From Bythopirellula sp. (lineage in GTDB: Bacteria > Planctomycetota > Planctomycetia > Pirellulales > Lacipirellulaceae), in assembly GCA_965216565.1 (NCBI GenBank), contig OZ244170.1, forward strand, positions 4,064,001 through 4,128,000: a stretch of 64,000 bases of DNA, given 5' to 3'. The translations under genes and the position numbers were made by a program. Positions 1 to 10,133 of the stretch are shown here, piece by piece (position 1 is the first letter of the stretch; every line of letters begins with the position of its first letter). The notes beneath the pieces are model-generated. The model did no database searches, had not been told where the DNA came from, and worked only from the letters and a program-made list of their open reading frames with translations.

Positions 1-710
1 GGTTCGCCTAACCAATTGTCAATGCGGCGGTCAATGTACCGTTGACGATCGACACGATCGACAAAGTGCCGAAGGCGATCGCTTTGCTTCGCACTAACGC
101 TCTCTAGCAATTGACAGAGTGGCTGCAATCCTCTGGCCGCGTAACGCCATTTCGCCATATGCAGCCGATCGCCGAGCCCGACATTTACTAAGCGATCGTC
201 AGCATTCTGGACATGCCAGTCTCGGAGGCGTAAAGTCTCAGGCACCCCATGGAGCACTTGTCCTTCGTCGGAAAGGTAGCCCCACTCCGCGGCAAGGTAT
301 TGAGCCCCTTGTAGCAAGTAGGCTAATAGAGTGCCTGTCTTTCCGCCGCCTGAACTTCCGCAAACCAGATAGCCGCGATCTCTGTGAGTAAACGAAGTGC
401 CATGAATCCCCAGCAAACCTTTCGCTGCAGACTTGAGATTAAGCAGGGACCGCAGCAGGGGCAGACGTCTTAGGCCCGAGGGGTACGCGACGCGGAACTG
501 TTGCGTTTGCCACGCAGCATCTGGCAGATCGATCTCGATCGGCAACTGGCCCTTCGTATTCTCGACGAACCGAATCTCAATATCTCCCTCGCCATTCGCT
601 ATTTCTTCTAGCGCACCAGTTGCTTGTTTCACTATGCCAACGTCTGCCGGTGACGCATCAATGAGCGTCAGGCGTACGTGGTCATGCAAGTTGAGTGAAA
701 CGTGATTCAT
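1..710 (-). CDS. HPr kinase-like P-loop protein (partial, runs off left edge; absent from ORF track)
   Basis: Manual translation from the ATG at 710 is open to the window edge: MNHVSLNLHD...LLGIHGTSFTHRDRGYLVCGSSGGGKTGTLLAYLLQGAQYLAAEW. This is the HprK-type H..strand..GxSGxGKT pattern. It lies 40 bp downstream of the sulfotransferase, same strand. Confidence 0.7.
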   Translation of the reverse strand, partial: MNHVSLNLHDHVRLTLIDASPADVGIVKQATGALEEIANGEGDIEIRFVENTKGQLPIEIDLPDAAWQTQQFRVAYPSGLRRLPLLRSLLNLKSAAKGLLGIHGTSFTHRDRGYLVCGSSGGGKTGTLLAYLLQGAQYLAAEWGYLSDEGQVLHGVPETLRLRDWHVQNADDRLVNVGLGDRLHMAKWRYAARGLQPLCQLLESVSAKQSDRLRHFVDRVDRQRYIDRRIDNWLGE

Positions 711-750
711 AGGTGATAAGTTGCAGGTGCGCTGTGAGTTCGGCTGATCC

Positions 751-1623
751 TTAAACTGGTTGAGGGGCTTCCGCAAATCCCCAGCGCTGGGCGAGTGGTA
801 TTCCGATTAGTTCTTCAAGTTTCTCTACATCCGACCGAAAACGATCTCGAAGCAGTAGTTCTGCATGAGCTCGGATTGTCGCTCGCTCCGAATCTGCGAG
901 CTGGCGGTAAAGCAAATTGCGTATCAAGCGAGAACGCTTCACTCGTCCGCGAAATCGCTTCCAACCCAATTCGCGGCAGATTTGCGAAAGACTCTTTGTA
1001 GCACTGCAAAGTCGGTCGTATCGGGGCATGCTGGCGGGCATCACCTTGGTTTGCAACTTGGGCTCCAGGGGCATCGACGCAACACCAAGGAAATCCAATA
1101 CGCCCAGCGCGTGTTTCTGGGGATCCTGCTTCAGGTCATCGAATAATGAAATGTGTACTTGTGCGCGAGGAAAGCACTCCAAATAGTTGGCGACATACTC
1201 TGCGTAACAGCCCTCCTCGGCGATTTCAGGTGTGTCTTCAATGCGATCTTCCAACGGGCCATTCCATTTTCCATTTCGCACACCATCGAGATACATAGAG
1301 ACCGCTCGATCGATCGGATTACGCAGGCACATCATGAGTTTGATATTGGGATTCATTTCAGCAACGTAGTCACGTGCTACTTGGGAGTAGAGATACGAAT
1401 GCGAAATCTCTGCGATCACTTTCTCCGACCGGGCCTCCGCAAAATGATCTAAATACCATTGCCAACCTTGATGGAAATGGTGGTCGAAAAAATAGAGCCC
1501 TTTCGTCGGAATCATGTAGACGTCTGGATGTCGTGATAGAACGTCAAACAACCACGTCGAACCAGCTTTGCTGGTGCCGATGTAGATAAAATTCGGACCC
1601 TGATTTGATGTTGGCGTGCTCAT
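751..1623 (-). CDS. PAPS-dependent sulfotransferase (Sulfotransfer_1/3 family)
   Basis: 5'-PSB loop PNFIYIGTSKAGSTW and 3'-PB motif LRNPIDRAVSMY, the same motif layout as heparan-sulfate N/3-O-sulfotransferase-type domains. Confidence 0.9.
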   Translation of the reverse strand: MSTPTSNQGPNFIYIGTSKAGSTWLFDVLSRHPDVYMIPTKGLYFFDHHFHQGWQWYLDHFAEARSEKVIAEISHSYLYSQVARDYVAEMNPNIKLMMCLRNPIDRAVSMYLDGVRNGKWNGPLEDRIEDTPEIAEEGCYAEYVANYLECFPRAQVHISLFDDLKQDPQKHALGVLDFLGVASMPLEPKLQTKVMPASMPRYDRLCSATKSLSQICRELGWKRFRGRVKRSRLIRNLLYRQLADSERATIRAHAELLLRDRFRSDVEKLEELIGIPLAQRWGFAEAPQPV

Positions 1624-2787
1624 TTACTTCACACTGTGCGCGTTCATGTCGGTCAAGATGTCAGATAGGTAAGCCTGGAAACCTCTTTGCCAAAGGGTCT
1701 TGCGGACACCCTTGGCGATACGTCGGAAACCTCGCCCATCGCGATAGCGGTACACCGTCGCAGCCCAATGCTCCAGAAGTAGTTGGGCTTCGAACAGTCG
1801 AATGCACTTGTACGGAATGGGCTCGTTCAAGAAGTACCCTTCCAGCAGGTTCTCCTCATAACGGCGCAGTTGTTTGGCGTTGTACAGCAACCCGCCACTT
1901 AGTAGCTGTGGGCCGGAGGCTTTGACAGTCATCAGTAGTTTTGCCAGGTCTTCAAAAATGGGTGCTTCGAATCTTCCGGGCGTATCGAAAACGGTTACGC
2001 GGTTGTCGGCGTCGATAAACGCATTACGAGGGGCGTAATCCCCGTGCACTTGACCGGTAGGAATAGTGTCCGGCAGATGCTCCTGGGCATTTTCAATTAG
2101 ACGACGATGGATCTCGCTGATTCGAGTAGGACACCCTGCACGATCTTCCAAATAAGTAGAAAATCGTTCGATCGACTCCAGATAATCGTCACGCGAAGTG
2201 TTCCGCGTTTCGCAGTGCTCAAGCGGCGGTAGGTCGTGATGCTTTCTCAGCCAGCCTCCCATATGTCGGAAGGCAACTTCTAGCTTTTTAGAGAGCTGAA
2301 CATTTCTAAAGCGGTGCGAGTTATAAAGCAGTTGTCGCAAGCTAGGCTGATCGACCCACTCCATCACCATAGCCTGCTCGTCATGAAACAGATCGTAGAT
2401 GTGGACGGTACCAAATCGTGGGTCATTGTCTCCGAAGTGACCCTCAATACGTTTTAGAGCCGCGAATTCCTTGGCTGATTTCGTGGTTGGATCGGCCCGA
2501 CCAAAGAGCCGCGGGCGGTCGACGTACCCTTCGGTGCTCAGCTTTTGGGCATAGGCGATATCGCCCGGTCCCACGGGAACCTTCACGACCAGGCTGGGGC
2601 ATTTGGATTGGGACGAAAGTCGATAGATATACAGATTGCAAAAGCGACGATTGATTTCCTTAAGCAGTGTCAAGGTCCCTTCGCTATCTTCTAATCCCCG
2701 GTAGCCATGCAGTCGATCGCGCAACCTCTCTGTAATGCTGGTGGCGTCGATGGGAGCGTATTGCATGGTAGGTTGAGTCATAATCAT
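1624..2787 (-). CDS. APH/choline-kinase-like phosphotransferase
   Basis: LVVKV, MVMEWV, Brenner-type HGDYAPRN and VTVFD motifs; abuts the sulfotransferase (TAAATG) and overlaps wzx. Confidence 0.8.
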   Translation of the reverse strand: MIMTQPTMQYAPIDATSITERLRDRLHGYRGLEDSEGTLTLLKEINRRFCNLYIYRLSSQSKCPSLVVKVPVGPGDIAYAQKLSTEGYVDRPRLFGRADPTTKSAKEFAALKRIEGHFGDNDPRFGTVHIYDLFHDEQAMVMEWVDQPSLRQLLYNSHRFRNVQLSKKLEVAFRHMGGWLRKHHDLPPLEHCETRNTSRDDYLESIERFSTYLEDRAGCPTRISEIHRRLIENAQEHLPDTIPTGQVHGDYAPRNAFIDADNRVTVFDTPGRFEAPIFEDLAKLLMTVKASGPQLLSGGLLYNAKQLRRYEENLLEGYFLNEPIPYKCIRLFEAQLLLEHWAATVYRYRDGRGFRRIAKGVRKTLWQRGFQAYLSDILTDMNAHSVK

Positions 2788-4346
2788 ATCTGCTCCGCAC
2801 TGGCATTGGCTGAAAGGGCTGAATCGCCAAGACGAAATCGAGCGGGGAGCAGGCGATTGATCTCGGGGAAGAGTTCACGAATTTGTAGAGTCTTGAAATA
2901 GGCCAACCAAACGGCCCCGGTGGCAATCACTGCAAGTGTGAAGGAAACAATCCATGGTGGACTCAATAAGAATTGCAGTGCAAGTAACAAACAGCCAGTG
3001 ATGATGATCGTCAGGTGGATTCGGGCCACGATTCCCGGAATGCGAGCCAAGTGCCCGGCGCGAGTTAGCGCTTGGTGATAGGCGACGTTTTGCGCAATTA
3101 GCACGAGGGAGCTTACGGCAGCACCACCAAGTGGCCCGTAGAATGGTACAACTGCCAAATTGGCCAGCAACGCTACCAGACCGGCGCCCATGTCGATTTT
3201 CATGATCGTTTGCACGCGATCGAACACGCGTAGTGTGAGTGCATTGAATCCGAATGCCGCGTTCAAATAGATGCTAAAGGCGACGATCGAAAGCACCGGA
3301 CCTGAGCTGGCATATTCCTCGCCAAGGAGTAGCACAGTGGTCGGGGTCGCTAGAGAAAATGAAATCAGAAACAGGGGGAAAGTTAGTAACCCAATCCAAG
3401 CGGTGCTGCGCCAGTACAACTCGCTAATTTCATGTTTTTCGTCCCGCGCAAACATCCGCGCGGCCGTGGGGACGTAAAGCAGCCGGAAACTGTCGTAAAC
3501 TACCTTATTCAAATTTGCGATCGGCAAAATCGCTCGAAACGAAGCGACACCTACTGTGCCATGGAACAGTTCCAACAGCACAACCACCAGGCTTGTTCGC
3601 AGTCCAAACACGACGTCGGAGCTGAGCAGCGGAATCCCAAAGCCAAACCATTTCTTCGTGAATCGTTCGCTCTTAATTTTCTTTAGTTGTGTGAGAAGCT
3701 CTTCTTCGCGAAGTATTCGCCACAGCAACTGAGCCGAGATCAGTACTCCGACAAGTGTTGCCAGCACGTAGGCCCCTGCCAGGAAATAGGCGTCGCCACC
3801 ATATGCCATCAAGCTAATCACCGCGGCCAATCGTAAAAGTGGCGTGAGGATATACCTTCTCACGAATAGCGCCTTCACCCGACCGAAGATGGCCAACAGC
3901 TTCTCTAGCAGACTCTCTAGTGCTAGTAGCGGGGCCAGCGAGATAATGACCGCCAATACAGAAAGCGAAAGCGGATCGCTAACTACCGTAGCCGCTAGCG
4001 TGCCGTGTAGCGAAATTACCAATCCAATCAGCAACACGCCAGTCACGGCTATCGTGGAGAAGGCGACCAGCAAACTTCCCTTGACCCGATTGAGTTCGTG
4101 TTTCTCATGGTAAATGGGAACGAATCGGTTGGCTGCTTTGTCAGTCCCGAGCGCCGTCATCCGCGAAGCCAGTGCGGCAATACTGTAGCCGTAGGCAAAC
4201 GCGCCGTACCCCTCCTTGGCCAGGTACCGCACGATCAGCACCTGCACTATGAAGTTGATGGCGATCGAGATCATGCGACCGAGCAACATTAAGCTCGATC
4301 CGCGTACCTGCTTCTGGGCTTCACTCTGGGGACGTATTTCGCTCAT
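2784..4346 (-). CDS. wzx: Polysaccharide flippase (Wzx/MOP family)
   Basis: About 12-14 hydrophobic helices; IVRYLAKEGYGAF and VPFYGPLGGAA patterns; EPS context. Confidence 0.88.
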   Translation of the reverse strand: MSEIRPQSEAQKQVRGSSLMLLGRMISIAINFIVQVLIVRYLAKEGYGAFAYGYSIAALASRMTALGTDKAANRFVPIYHEKHELNRVKGSLLVAFSTIAVTGVLLIGLVISLHGTLAATVVSDPLSLSVLAVIISLAPLLALESLLEKLLAIFGRVKALFVRRYILTPLLRLAAVISLMAYGGDAYFLAGAYVLATLVGVLISAQLLWRILREEELLTQLKKIKSERFTKKWFGFGIPLLSSDVVFGLRTSLVVVLLELFHGTVGVASFRAILPIANLNKVVYDSFRLLYVPTAARMFARDEKHEISELYWRSTAWIGLLTFPLFLISFSLATPTTVLLLGEEYASSGPVLSIVAFSIYLNAAFGFNALTLRVFDRVQTIMKIDMGAGLVALLANLAVVPFYGPLGGAAVSSLVLIAQNVAYHQALTRAGHLARIPGIVARIHLTIIITGCLLLALQFLLSPPWIVSFTLAVIATGAVWLAYFKTLQIRELFPEINRLLPARFRLGDSALSANASAEQI

Positions 4347-5848
4347 GCGGTTACCCCCGAGGCTGCCTGTGCCTGCTTTGCTTCGCGTGTTGCAATCAGT
4401 GGCACACAGCTAGCCAAGGCAAATATCAGCCAGAAGAACCGAATAAACGAATAGTGCAAGAATATCCCGCACAGGAGATAGGCCAAAATCGCCATCGCAA
4501 ACATTGCCGCCAAATTGGCCAATTCAGGATCACTTTCCAAATGGGTGCGACGAACTTGGTGTAAACCGTGGAGCGTTACCCCGCACATGGCCAGAAATAG
4601 CCCTAACCCCAGCAGACCAATCTCAGAACTCAAGTGGAGGTACAAGCAATGCGCGGCACGATCTTCTTCTTGAGCCCGAAAACCGCCCACCTTGGCGTAC
4701 TTGCGATTGTAGAACGGGAAATTGCCAGGCCCGACTCCTAGCAGTGGATGCTCAGCGGTCACGCGGAGCGCGGCTAGCATTGAAGTAGCACGCCCTTTGA
4801 TGGCGCCATCCACATCTTCGGCATAGGCTGCCTTGTTGCCCGTGATTTGGCCGATGAGGGTTTGGATAGTATCCATGCGGGTCACGAGCTGAGGGAAAGC
4901 TGCAAGCATCAGCAACGACGCCGCACCTAACATCAATAAGTGCCTGCTGCGGATATAACCGGCGAAAACCATGACCATCGTAAGCATCACAAAGGCAACT
5001 GCAGCGCCACGAGAAAACGTCAATATGCAGCCAGCCGCAATTAAGAATGCTGCCGCGACATAGCCAAGTTTTGTCCAAGAAGTCTTGCGAAAGGCAGGTA
5101 GCACAGCCAGCGGCAACAGCATGAGCATGTTTTGTGCGTATCGATTCTGCTCGCCTAGGGGGCCCGCCGAACGACGCTGCTGCACATGCTGGTCCACGGT
5201 GAATCCTCTGCCCTCCATGGGCACCTGTGCAAAGCCGCCATAATTTCTAAGGTGTGTACCGGTTAGTTGCTGGATCGCAGACAAGCCACCCATGAAACTT
5301 CCAGCTACCAACAGTGCAATCACCACTTTCTGCAAACATGCACGCGTGCGGACGACGTTGCAAAGAATCAGAAACAATGCCAAACCTTCGATGACCTGTC
5401 CCTTTAGCATTTCAAGAGCCAGCCCCGGAAATCGAGCCGACATACTACTAATGACTTCCACCGCCAAGAGTCCTAATGCCCATGGCCAAGCGCGGGGGAA
5501 TACGAAAGACTCTTTTTTCGACACCAGCAAATATAGCCACACTAAAAGCAACGCCGCAGGCGGAGCAATCGCGGCTGCCACTTTGGGTACGCCGTGGAAA
5601 CGCATCGCTACAACCGGCACATTGGCAAACAGCATGAAAACGGTGAAGGCCGTGATCAAATCTGGATAACGCACCGCCAGGCAAACCATCGGAATCGCTG
5701 CGCACGCTACGAATACCAACCAGCCATTCGGAGAGGGCAATAGAAATAGCAAGCTTAGCGTCAGCGCAGCGGTTGCCAGCAGCGTGACCATTGGCCAGAC
5801 AACGCCATAACCAGTTTGATTCGTGGAAGTGGTTGAAGGTGTTAGCAA
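4343..5848 (-). CDS. wzy: O-antigen ligase / Wzy polymerase family membrane protein
   Basis: Multi-TM protein with TFSRGA, HPLLGVGPGNF and AHCLYL...EIGLLG (Wzy_C) motifs; ATGA overlap with wzx. Confidence 0.82.
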   Translation of the reverse strand: MLTPSTTSTNQTGYGVVWPMVTLLATAALTLSLLFLLPSPNGWLVFVACAAIPMVCLAVRYPDLITAFTVFMLFANVPVVAMRFHGVPKVAAAIAPPAALLLVWLYLLVSKKESFVFPRAWPWALGLLAVEVISSMSARFPGLALEMLKGQVIEGLALFLILCNVVRTRACLQKVVIALLVAGSFMGGLSAIQQLTGTHLRNYGGFAQVPMEGRGFTVDQHVQQRRSAGPLGEQNRYAQNMLMLLPLAVLPAFRKTSWTKLGYVAAAFLIAAGCILTFSRGAAVAFVMLTMVMVFAGYIRSRHLLMLGAASLLMLAAFPQLVTRMDTIQTLIGQITGNKAAYAEDVDGAIKGRATSMLAALRVTAEHPLLGVGPGNFPFYNRKYAKVGGFRAQEEDRAAHCLYLHLSSEIGLLGLGLFLAMCGVTLHGLHQVRRTHLESDPELANLAAMFAMAILAYLLCGIFLHYSFIRFFWLIFALASCVPLIATREAKQAQAASGVTA

Positions 5849-5877
5849 AATAGAACGGTCTCAATAGTTTTCAGTAG

Positions 5878-7080
5878 TTAGGCTTTCGAGCCAGCGATCT
5901 CAACAGCACGCTGAGGTTCCCACAGGTGAATGCGGCGTCCTCGCACCGTGTTGATAAAAGCAACCAAAGCTGCGGCATTCACTACACAAAAATAGGCAGG
6001 CAGAATCGCAATCTTCAGCGGACCTCGCAACACGGAACCTAGGGCAACGAAACTCAGTGAAAAGCCAACTACAGCAATCGAGTAAAAAAGGACCTGCAGA
6101 CCAAACAGTGCGGCATACACTGGGGAGTGTGTTGCCAGGATTGCGTTAACGACAAAGAGCAAAATCAGCGGGATCACCATCAATCGCCGCAAAACTTTAT
6201 GCGAAAACAGCTGAACGGAGTAGAATCCATGACGGAAGGGATTGAGGAGGTCCCGAACCATCATCACGCCCCGTAGGCCACGTGTCATCACACGAACCTT
6301 ACGCCCGAATTCGATTCCCTGCGATGCAGCCACCGGTTCGTAAGCAGCGGCCTGCTCTGCGAAAACCAATCGATGCCCCTGCTGAATCACCCGTACACTA
6401 GTGATAAAGTCGTCGGTGACTCCGTCCGGCACAGTGAGAAACAACCGCCGCCGGATCGCATAGATGGCTCCTGTTGCGGATATCACATCACCGGCTTGGC
6501 TTTCCCAACGCTTCAGCGCGCGATCCAAATTCCAATAAGCCCTTTCCCCGCCACCTTGATCGGCTTGGCCGGTGTGCTTCTGGTATCGCTGATCTCCCGC
6601 AACGCCGCCAACCTGATCGTCAGCGAATGGGGCAGCCAGCTGACGAATGGCATCGGTGGCGAACATGCTATTGGCATCGGAGAAGACTAAAATATCTCCC
6701 TTAGCACGATCCACTGCTGCGTTGAGAGCTTGCGCTTTGCCTTGTCGGGGTAAATCTAGTGCCATGATTCCTCGATTAGCATATTGGTTCATGATCGCAA
6801 CGGTTTGGTCCGTGGAACCATCAGACGCAACAATGATCTGCAGTTTGTCGGAGGGATAATCCAATTGCATCAAATTCTCGATCTTGTCACCAATGCTGGC
6901 CTCTTCGTTATGTGCGATCACAACAACTGAAACAGAAGGCGAATGCTCCTCTGCCTGCACCGGCTTGGGGAAGAGCCAGGCACGCACCGCAACCAGCAGC
7001 GGAAAGCCGAAGTAGGTGTATGCGACAACCACTACGCCGAACCAGAAAAGTATTTCGAATAAGAACATCTTTGGGATCAC
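5878..7080 (-). CDS. Glycosyltransferase family 2 (CESA-like_1 type)
   Basis: IAHNEE, DGSTD, GKAQALN, FSDAN, TDDF motifs; N- and C-terminal TM segments. Confidence 0.92.
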   Translation of the reverse strand: MIPKMFLFEILFWFGVVVVAYTYFGFPLLVAVRAWLFPKPVQAEEHSPSVSVVVIAHNEEASIGDKIENLMQLDYPSDKLQIIVASDGSTDQTVAIMNQYANRGIMALDLPRQGKAQALNAAVDRAKGDILVFSDANSMFATDAIRQLAAPFADDQVGGVAGDQRYQKHTGQADQGGGERAYWNLDRALKRWESQAGDVISATGAIYAIRRRLFLTVPDGVTDDFITSVRVIQQGHRLVFAEQAAAYEPVAASQGIEFGRKVRVMTRGLRGVMMVRDLLNPFRHGFYSVQLFSHKVLRRLMVIPLILLFVVNAILATHSPVYAALFGLQVLFYSIAVVGFSLSFVALGSVLRGPLKIAILPAYFCVVNAAALVAFINTVRGRRIHLWEPQRAVEIAGSKA

Positions 7081-8465
7081 TACCTAGAAACTGCCGTCGA
7101 ACCAAATAAACTCACAAGTTGTTCCGCATTCTGATGCAGGTCGAAATCCTCCATGATGCGCTCTCTAGCATGCTGGCCCATGCTTTGCCGAAGCTGAGGG
7201 TCTGCGGCAAGTTTGGCAAACGCATCTGCAAAACCCGCCACGTCTTTCGGCGATACCAGGAATCCAATCGCGTCGCTGTTTACGAGCTCTGGAATTCCCG
7301 AGAGTCGACTCGCTACGACCGGCAAGCCACATGCCATCCCTTCCATCAAGGCCACGGGAATTCCTTCCCGCCGCCCATCACTGGTTGGCACGCTGGGTGT
7401 AGCCAATACGTCGGAGTTCCGCAGCAGCTCCACAAGCTCATCGCGCGTTTTCGTCCCATGAAACGTCACGCGGGATTCTAGCGATAATCGCTGGGTAAGC
7501 TCTTGCAGCATCTCCAAATCTGATCCATCGCCTACGAAACTTACTTGAGCATCGATACCCTGCTGCGTGAGTTGATCGAGTGCTTCAATCAAATACCGCT
7601 GGCCTTTCACTTCGTGCAGCGTACCGACGCAGATAATATTCAGGCTGCGAATGGTTTCCTGCTGTCGTTCAGGCAGCGATCGAAATTTCTCCAGGTCCAC
7701 GCCACAGTGGATGATGTTGATCTTCTCCGCATACTTCTGACCGCAATGCTGCAGTATTTGGTCGCGATTGTAAGAGGAGATTGTCACCACAAATGCGGCG
7801 TGTGCGACTTTCTCGCGCAGCATATGTTTGAAACGATGCAGATCCGACCCATGGGCGGTAAAGCTAAAAGGAATATTCGTCAGGCGGTGAATCACATAAG
7901 CCGCCATGGCGGGGTGGTTTGCAAAATGGGCGTGAATATGTTCGACGTTGTCCCGCTTCATCTGGCGAGCGAAGGCAACGCATTTGGGATAGATCGTGAG
8001 ACCGCCAACAAGAAAATTTCGGTTTCCCAGGTTCCAACGAACAATTTGCCAAAGCGTGGAGAGGTAGCACAGCGGCTGCTGGAAGAACGTTTGCAAGTTG
8101 GCCAGAAGTATCTCGCCGTTCACAAAGGGCATGTATCGCGCTTTGGCTACGTAGCCTTCAGCTTCCGCGTGCATTACCTTCGGTTTGGGCGAAGCCGAGA
8201 GATAGTCCTTCAACTTCCGAAACAGCCCTGCCCCCGCGACTTCTTTTCCGCTGGCACTGCCTCCAAGCAATGGAAAGATCTCGACGTCGACCCCCTGACG
8301 CTCTACGGCAATCATTTCATACAGAACAAATGTCTCGGTGAGCTTAGGAAACCGCGACATCAGATAAGCAACTTTACAAATCTGTCGAGGAGCGTCCACG
8401 GCTGGAGAGTCGAAGCCGTGCTCAGTGGCCTCGGGGCATTCTATGGTCGAAGAAGGCTGGCTCAT
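7080..8465 (-). CDS. Glycosyltransferase family 4 (WcaL/AmsK-like)
   Basis: FPKLTETFV, HIHAHFA, TAHGSD, EGIPVALMEGMACGLPVV motifs. Confidence 0.92.
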   Translation of the reverse strand: MSQPSSTIECPEATEHGFDSPAVDAPRQICKVAYLMSRFPKLTETFVLYEMIAVERQGVDVEIFPLLGGSASGKEVAGAGLFRKLKDYLSASPKPKVMHAEAEGYVAKARYMPFVNGEILLANLQTFFQQPLCYLSTLWQIVRWNLGNRNFLVGGLTIYPKCVAFARQMKRDNVEHIHAHFANHPAMAAYVIHRLTNIPFSFTAHGSDLHRFKHMLREKVAHAAFVVTISSYNRDQILQHCGQKYAEKINIIHCGVDLEKFRSLPERQQETIRSLNIICVGTLHEVKGQRYLIEALDQLTQQGIDAQVSFVGDGSDLEMLQELTQRLSLESRVTFHGTKTRDELVELLRNSDVLATPSVPTSDGRREGIPVALMEGMACGLPVVASRLSGIPELVNSDAIGFLVSPKDVAGFADAFAKLAADPQLRQSMGQHARERIMEDFDLHQNAEQLVSLFGSTAVSR

Positions 8466-9382
8466 TGTGCAACTGTCGTGGCCTCCTGGCTAGCCTGTCT
8501 CGAGTCGAGAGTGGCAGCCATGTTGGGTTCAAGATGCAGGTCACCATTGCTCATGGCCACTGATGCTGCAGCGCGAATCGATTCAATCTCTGCCTCTTCC
8601 GATTCCGCCCGTTCGATTAAGCCAAATGCTGTGACTTCATCCTCGGGGAACATCGAAATACCAACTTTAAGATCAATACCCAAGTTGCGGCTAACGTCTT
8701 CCTGCATTTTGGCGGCAATTGCCAGAGCCTCCTCGCGGCTGAGCTCTGGTAGAAGAGCGAGGAAGTGTTCTTTGGTTTGGGTCAGGATGTCGCACGACCG
8801 GAGATGTTCCGACAAATACTCTGCAGCTTGTGCCGAAATATATTGCTGGATCAGCTTCTCGCGAAACTCTTGAGTGAAGCGGTCTAGGGCATTCTCTCCC
8901 TCGCCGGCTTCCGGATTGAGGGCCAGCATGGCAATTGGTCGGTGGAATAGCCGCGCTCGACGCACTTCTTGGACAACGGCCGATTGCGCTTCTTCGTAGG
9001 GAATTGTGCGAACCGTGGCATGGCTGACGATGGCAGTTGCGGCGGCGGAATGGAATTCATCAATTTTCTTCCCGAGCAGATAACTCAAAGCAATGGTCGT
9101 CCAAGTGGCCAAGATTTCGGTGACCATCAATGCAAAAGCATTCTCCTGCGGGCCGTACCCTGCCATGGCTCGAAGAGTCACCACACACACAACCGCCAGC
9201 GGAATATACCAATAGACCGAGATGCGGCGCAGCGAGGAAATTCCCAGTACCAACATACCCAGCACAGGCGCCAGGAGATAAACGAACGAGGCTAGGTTGA
9301 CCTGCTCATTAACACGTTCCACGTTGTAGAACGCGAAGAACCAGCCAAACAAAACCAAAATAGATAGATAAAGGCGTCCCAT
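8462..9382 (-). CDS. Membrane protein with degenerate GGDEF-like domain (RxxD I-site retained)
   Basis: Four N-terminal TM helices, then EVRRAR...RPIAML...LRSCDILTQTKEHFLALLPE...KVGISMFPED...LIERAE, the GGDEF-fold pattern without the GGDEF motif. Confidence 0.7.
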   Translation of the reverse strand: MGRLYLSILVLFGWFFAFYNVERVNEQVNLASFVYLLAPVLGMLVLGISSLRRISVYWYIPLAVVCVVTLRAMAGYGPQENAFALMVTEILATWTTIALSYLLGKKIDEFHSAAATAIVSHATVRTIPYEEAQSAVVQEVRRARLFHRPIAMLALNPEAGEGENALDRFTQEFREKLIQQYISAQAAEYLSEHLRSCDILTQTKEHFLALLPELSREEALAIAAKMQEDVSRNLGIDLKVGISMFPEDEVTAFGLIERAESEEAEIESIRAAASVAMSNGDLHLEPNMAATLDSRQASQEATTVAQ

Positions 9383-9464
9383 AATTGTTTGAACTTAGGT
9401 GTCCTCTTGAAGTGTCGTCTTGATATTTCTCTGCATAACTTTGTGAAATAGACTCTTGAGGTGG

Positions 9465-10115
9465 TCAGTAAGCACCCCGTTTAGAAACGATGGCGAACAC
9501 AGTTAACACCAAAATGCGAATGTCGTAGAAGAATGACTGGTTTTCCAAATACTCGATATCGAGCTGCGCGCGTTCTTCAAAATCGATATCACTTCGACCA
9601 CTGATCTGCCATAGACCGGTGATACCGGGCGTTACCTCTAATCGCTCTGTGTGTCGAAGCTCATAGGTTTCCGCTGCAAAGGACGTTGGTCGAGGGCCCA
9701 CGAGGCTCATGTTTCCGATTAAGACATTGATTAGTTGCGGCAACTCGTCCAAGCTCGTGCGACGTAAGAACGACCCCACGCGTGTAATCCGTGGATCGTT
9801 GGAAATCTTGAAGTCAGGCAGCGTGAGCTCATTCAGGTGGGCCAGTTCCTTCTTCAGTTCTTCAGCATTCGTGACCATGGTGCGGAACTTGAACATCTTG
9901 AACCGACGCCCCCCGATGCCGGTGCGATTCTGAAAGAAAAAGATTGGGCGACCATCTTCAATCCAGATAGCGGCCATGCAGCACAACATCAGTGGCAGAA
10001 ACACAGGTAGCGCACAGAGGACGACGAAGATGTCGAGAAAGCGCTTCGAACGACTAACTCGTCGTTGAATGCCAGGTGACTTGCGTAACAGGACTTGTTG
10101 CACGACAACACTCAA
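9465..10115 (-). CDS. Priming sugar transferase (polyprenol-phosphate phosphoglycosyltransferase, Bac_transf)
   Basis: KRFLD, FKFRTM, DPRITRVG, LDELPQL, SLVGPRP, PGITGLWQ motifs. Confidence 0.95.
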   Translation of the reverse strand: MSVVVQQVLLRKSPGIQRRVSRSKRFLDIFVVLCALPVFLPLMLCCMAAIWIEDGRPIFFFQNRTGIGGRRFKMFKFRTMVTNAEELKKELAHLNELTLPDFKISNDPRITRVGSFLRRTSLDELPQLINVLIGNMSLVGPRPTSFAAETYELRHTERLEVTPGITGLWQISGRSDIDFEERAQLDIEYLENQSFFYDIRILVLTVFAIVSKRGAY

Positions 10116-10133
10116 TGTCTGGAGGTGGGGAGA

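Noticed and set aside
119..705. Two 90-aa plus-strand ORFs
   Set aside because: They are antisense to the HprK-like frame (1-710), which has clear motifs and operon context.
7545..8873. 442-aa plus-strand ORF
   Set aside because: Antisense shadow of the GT4 and GGDEF-like genes, with no recognisable motifs.
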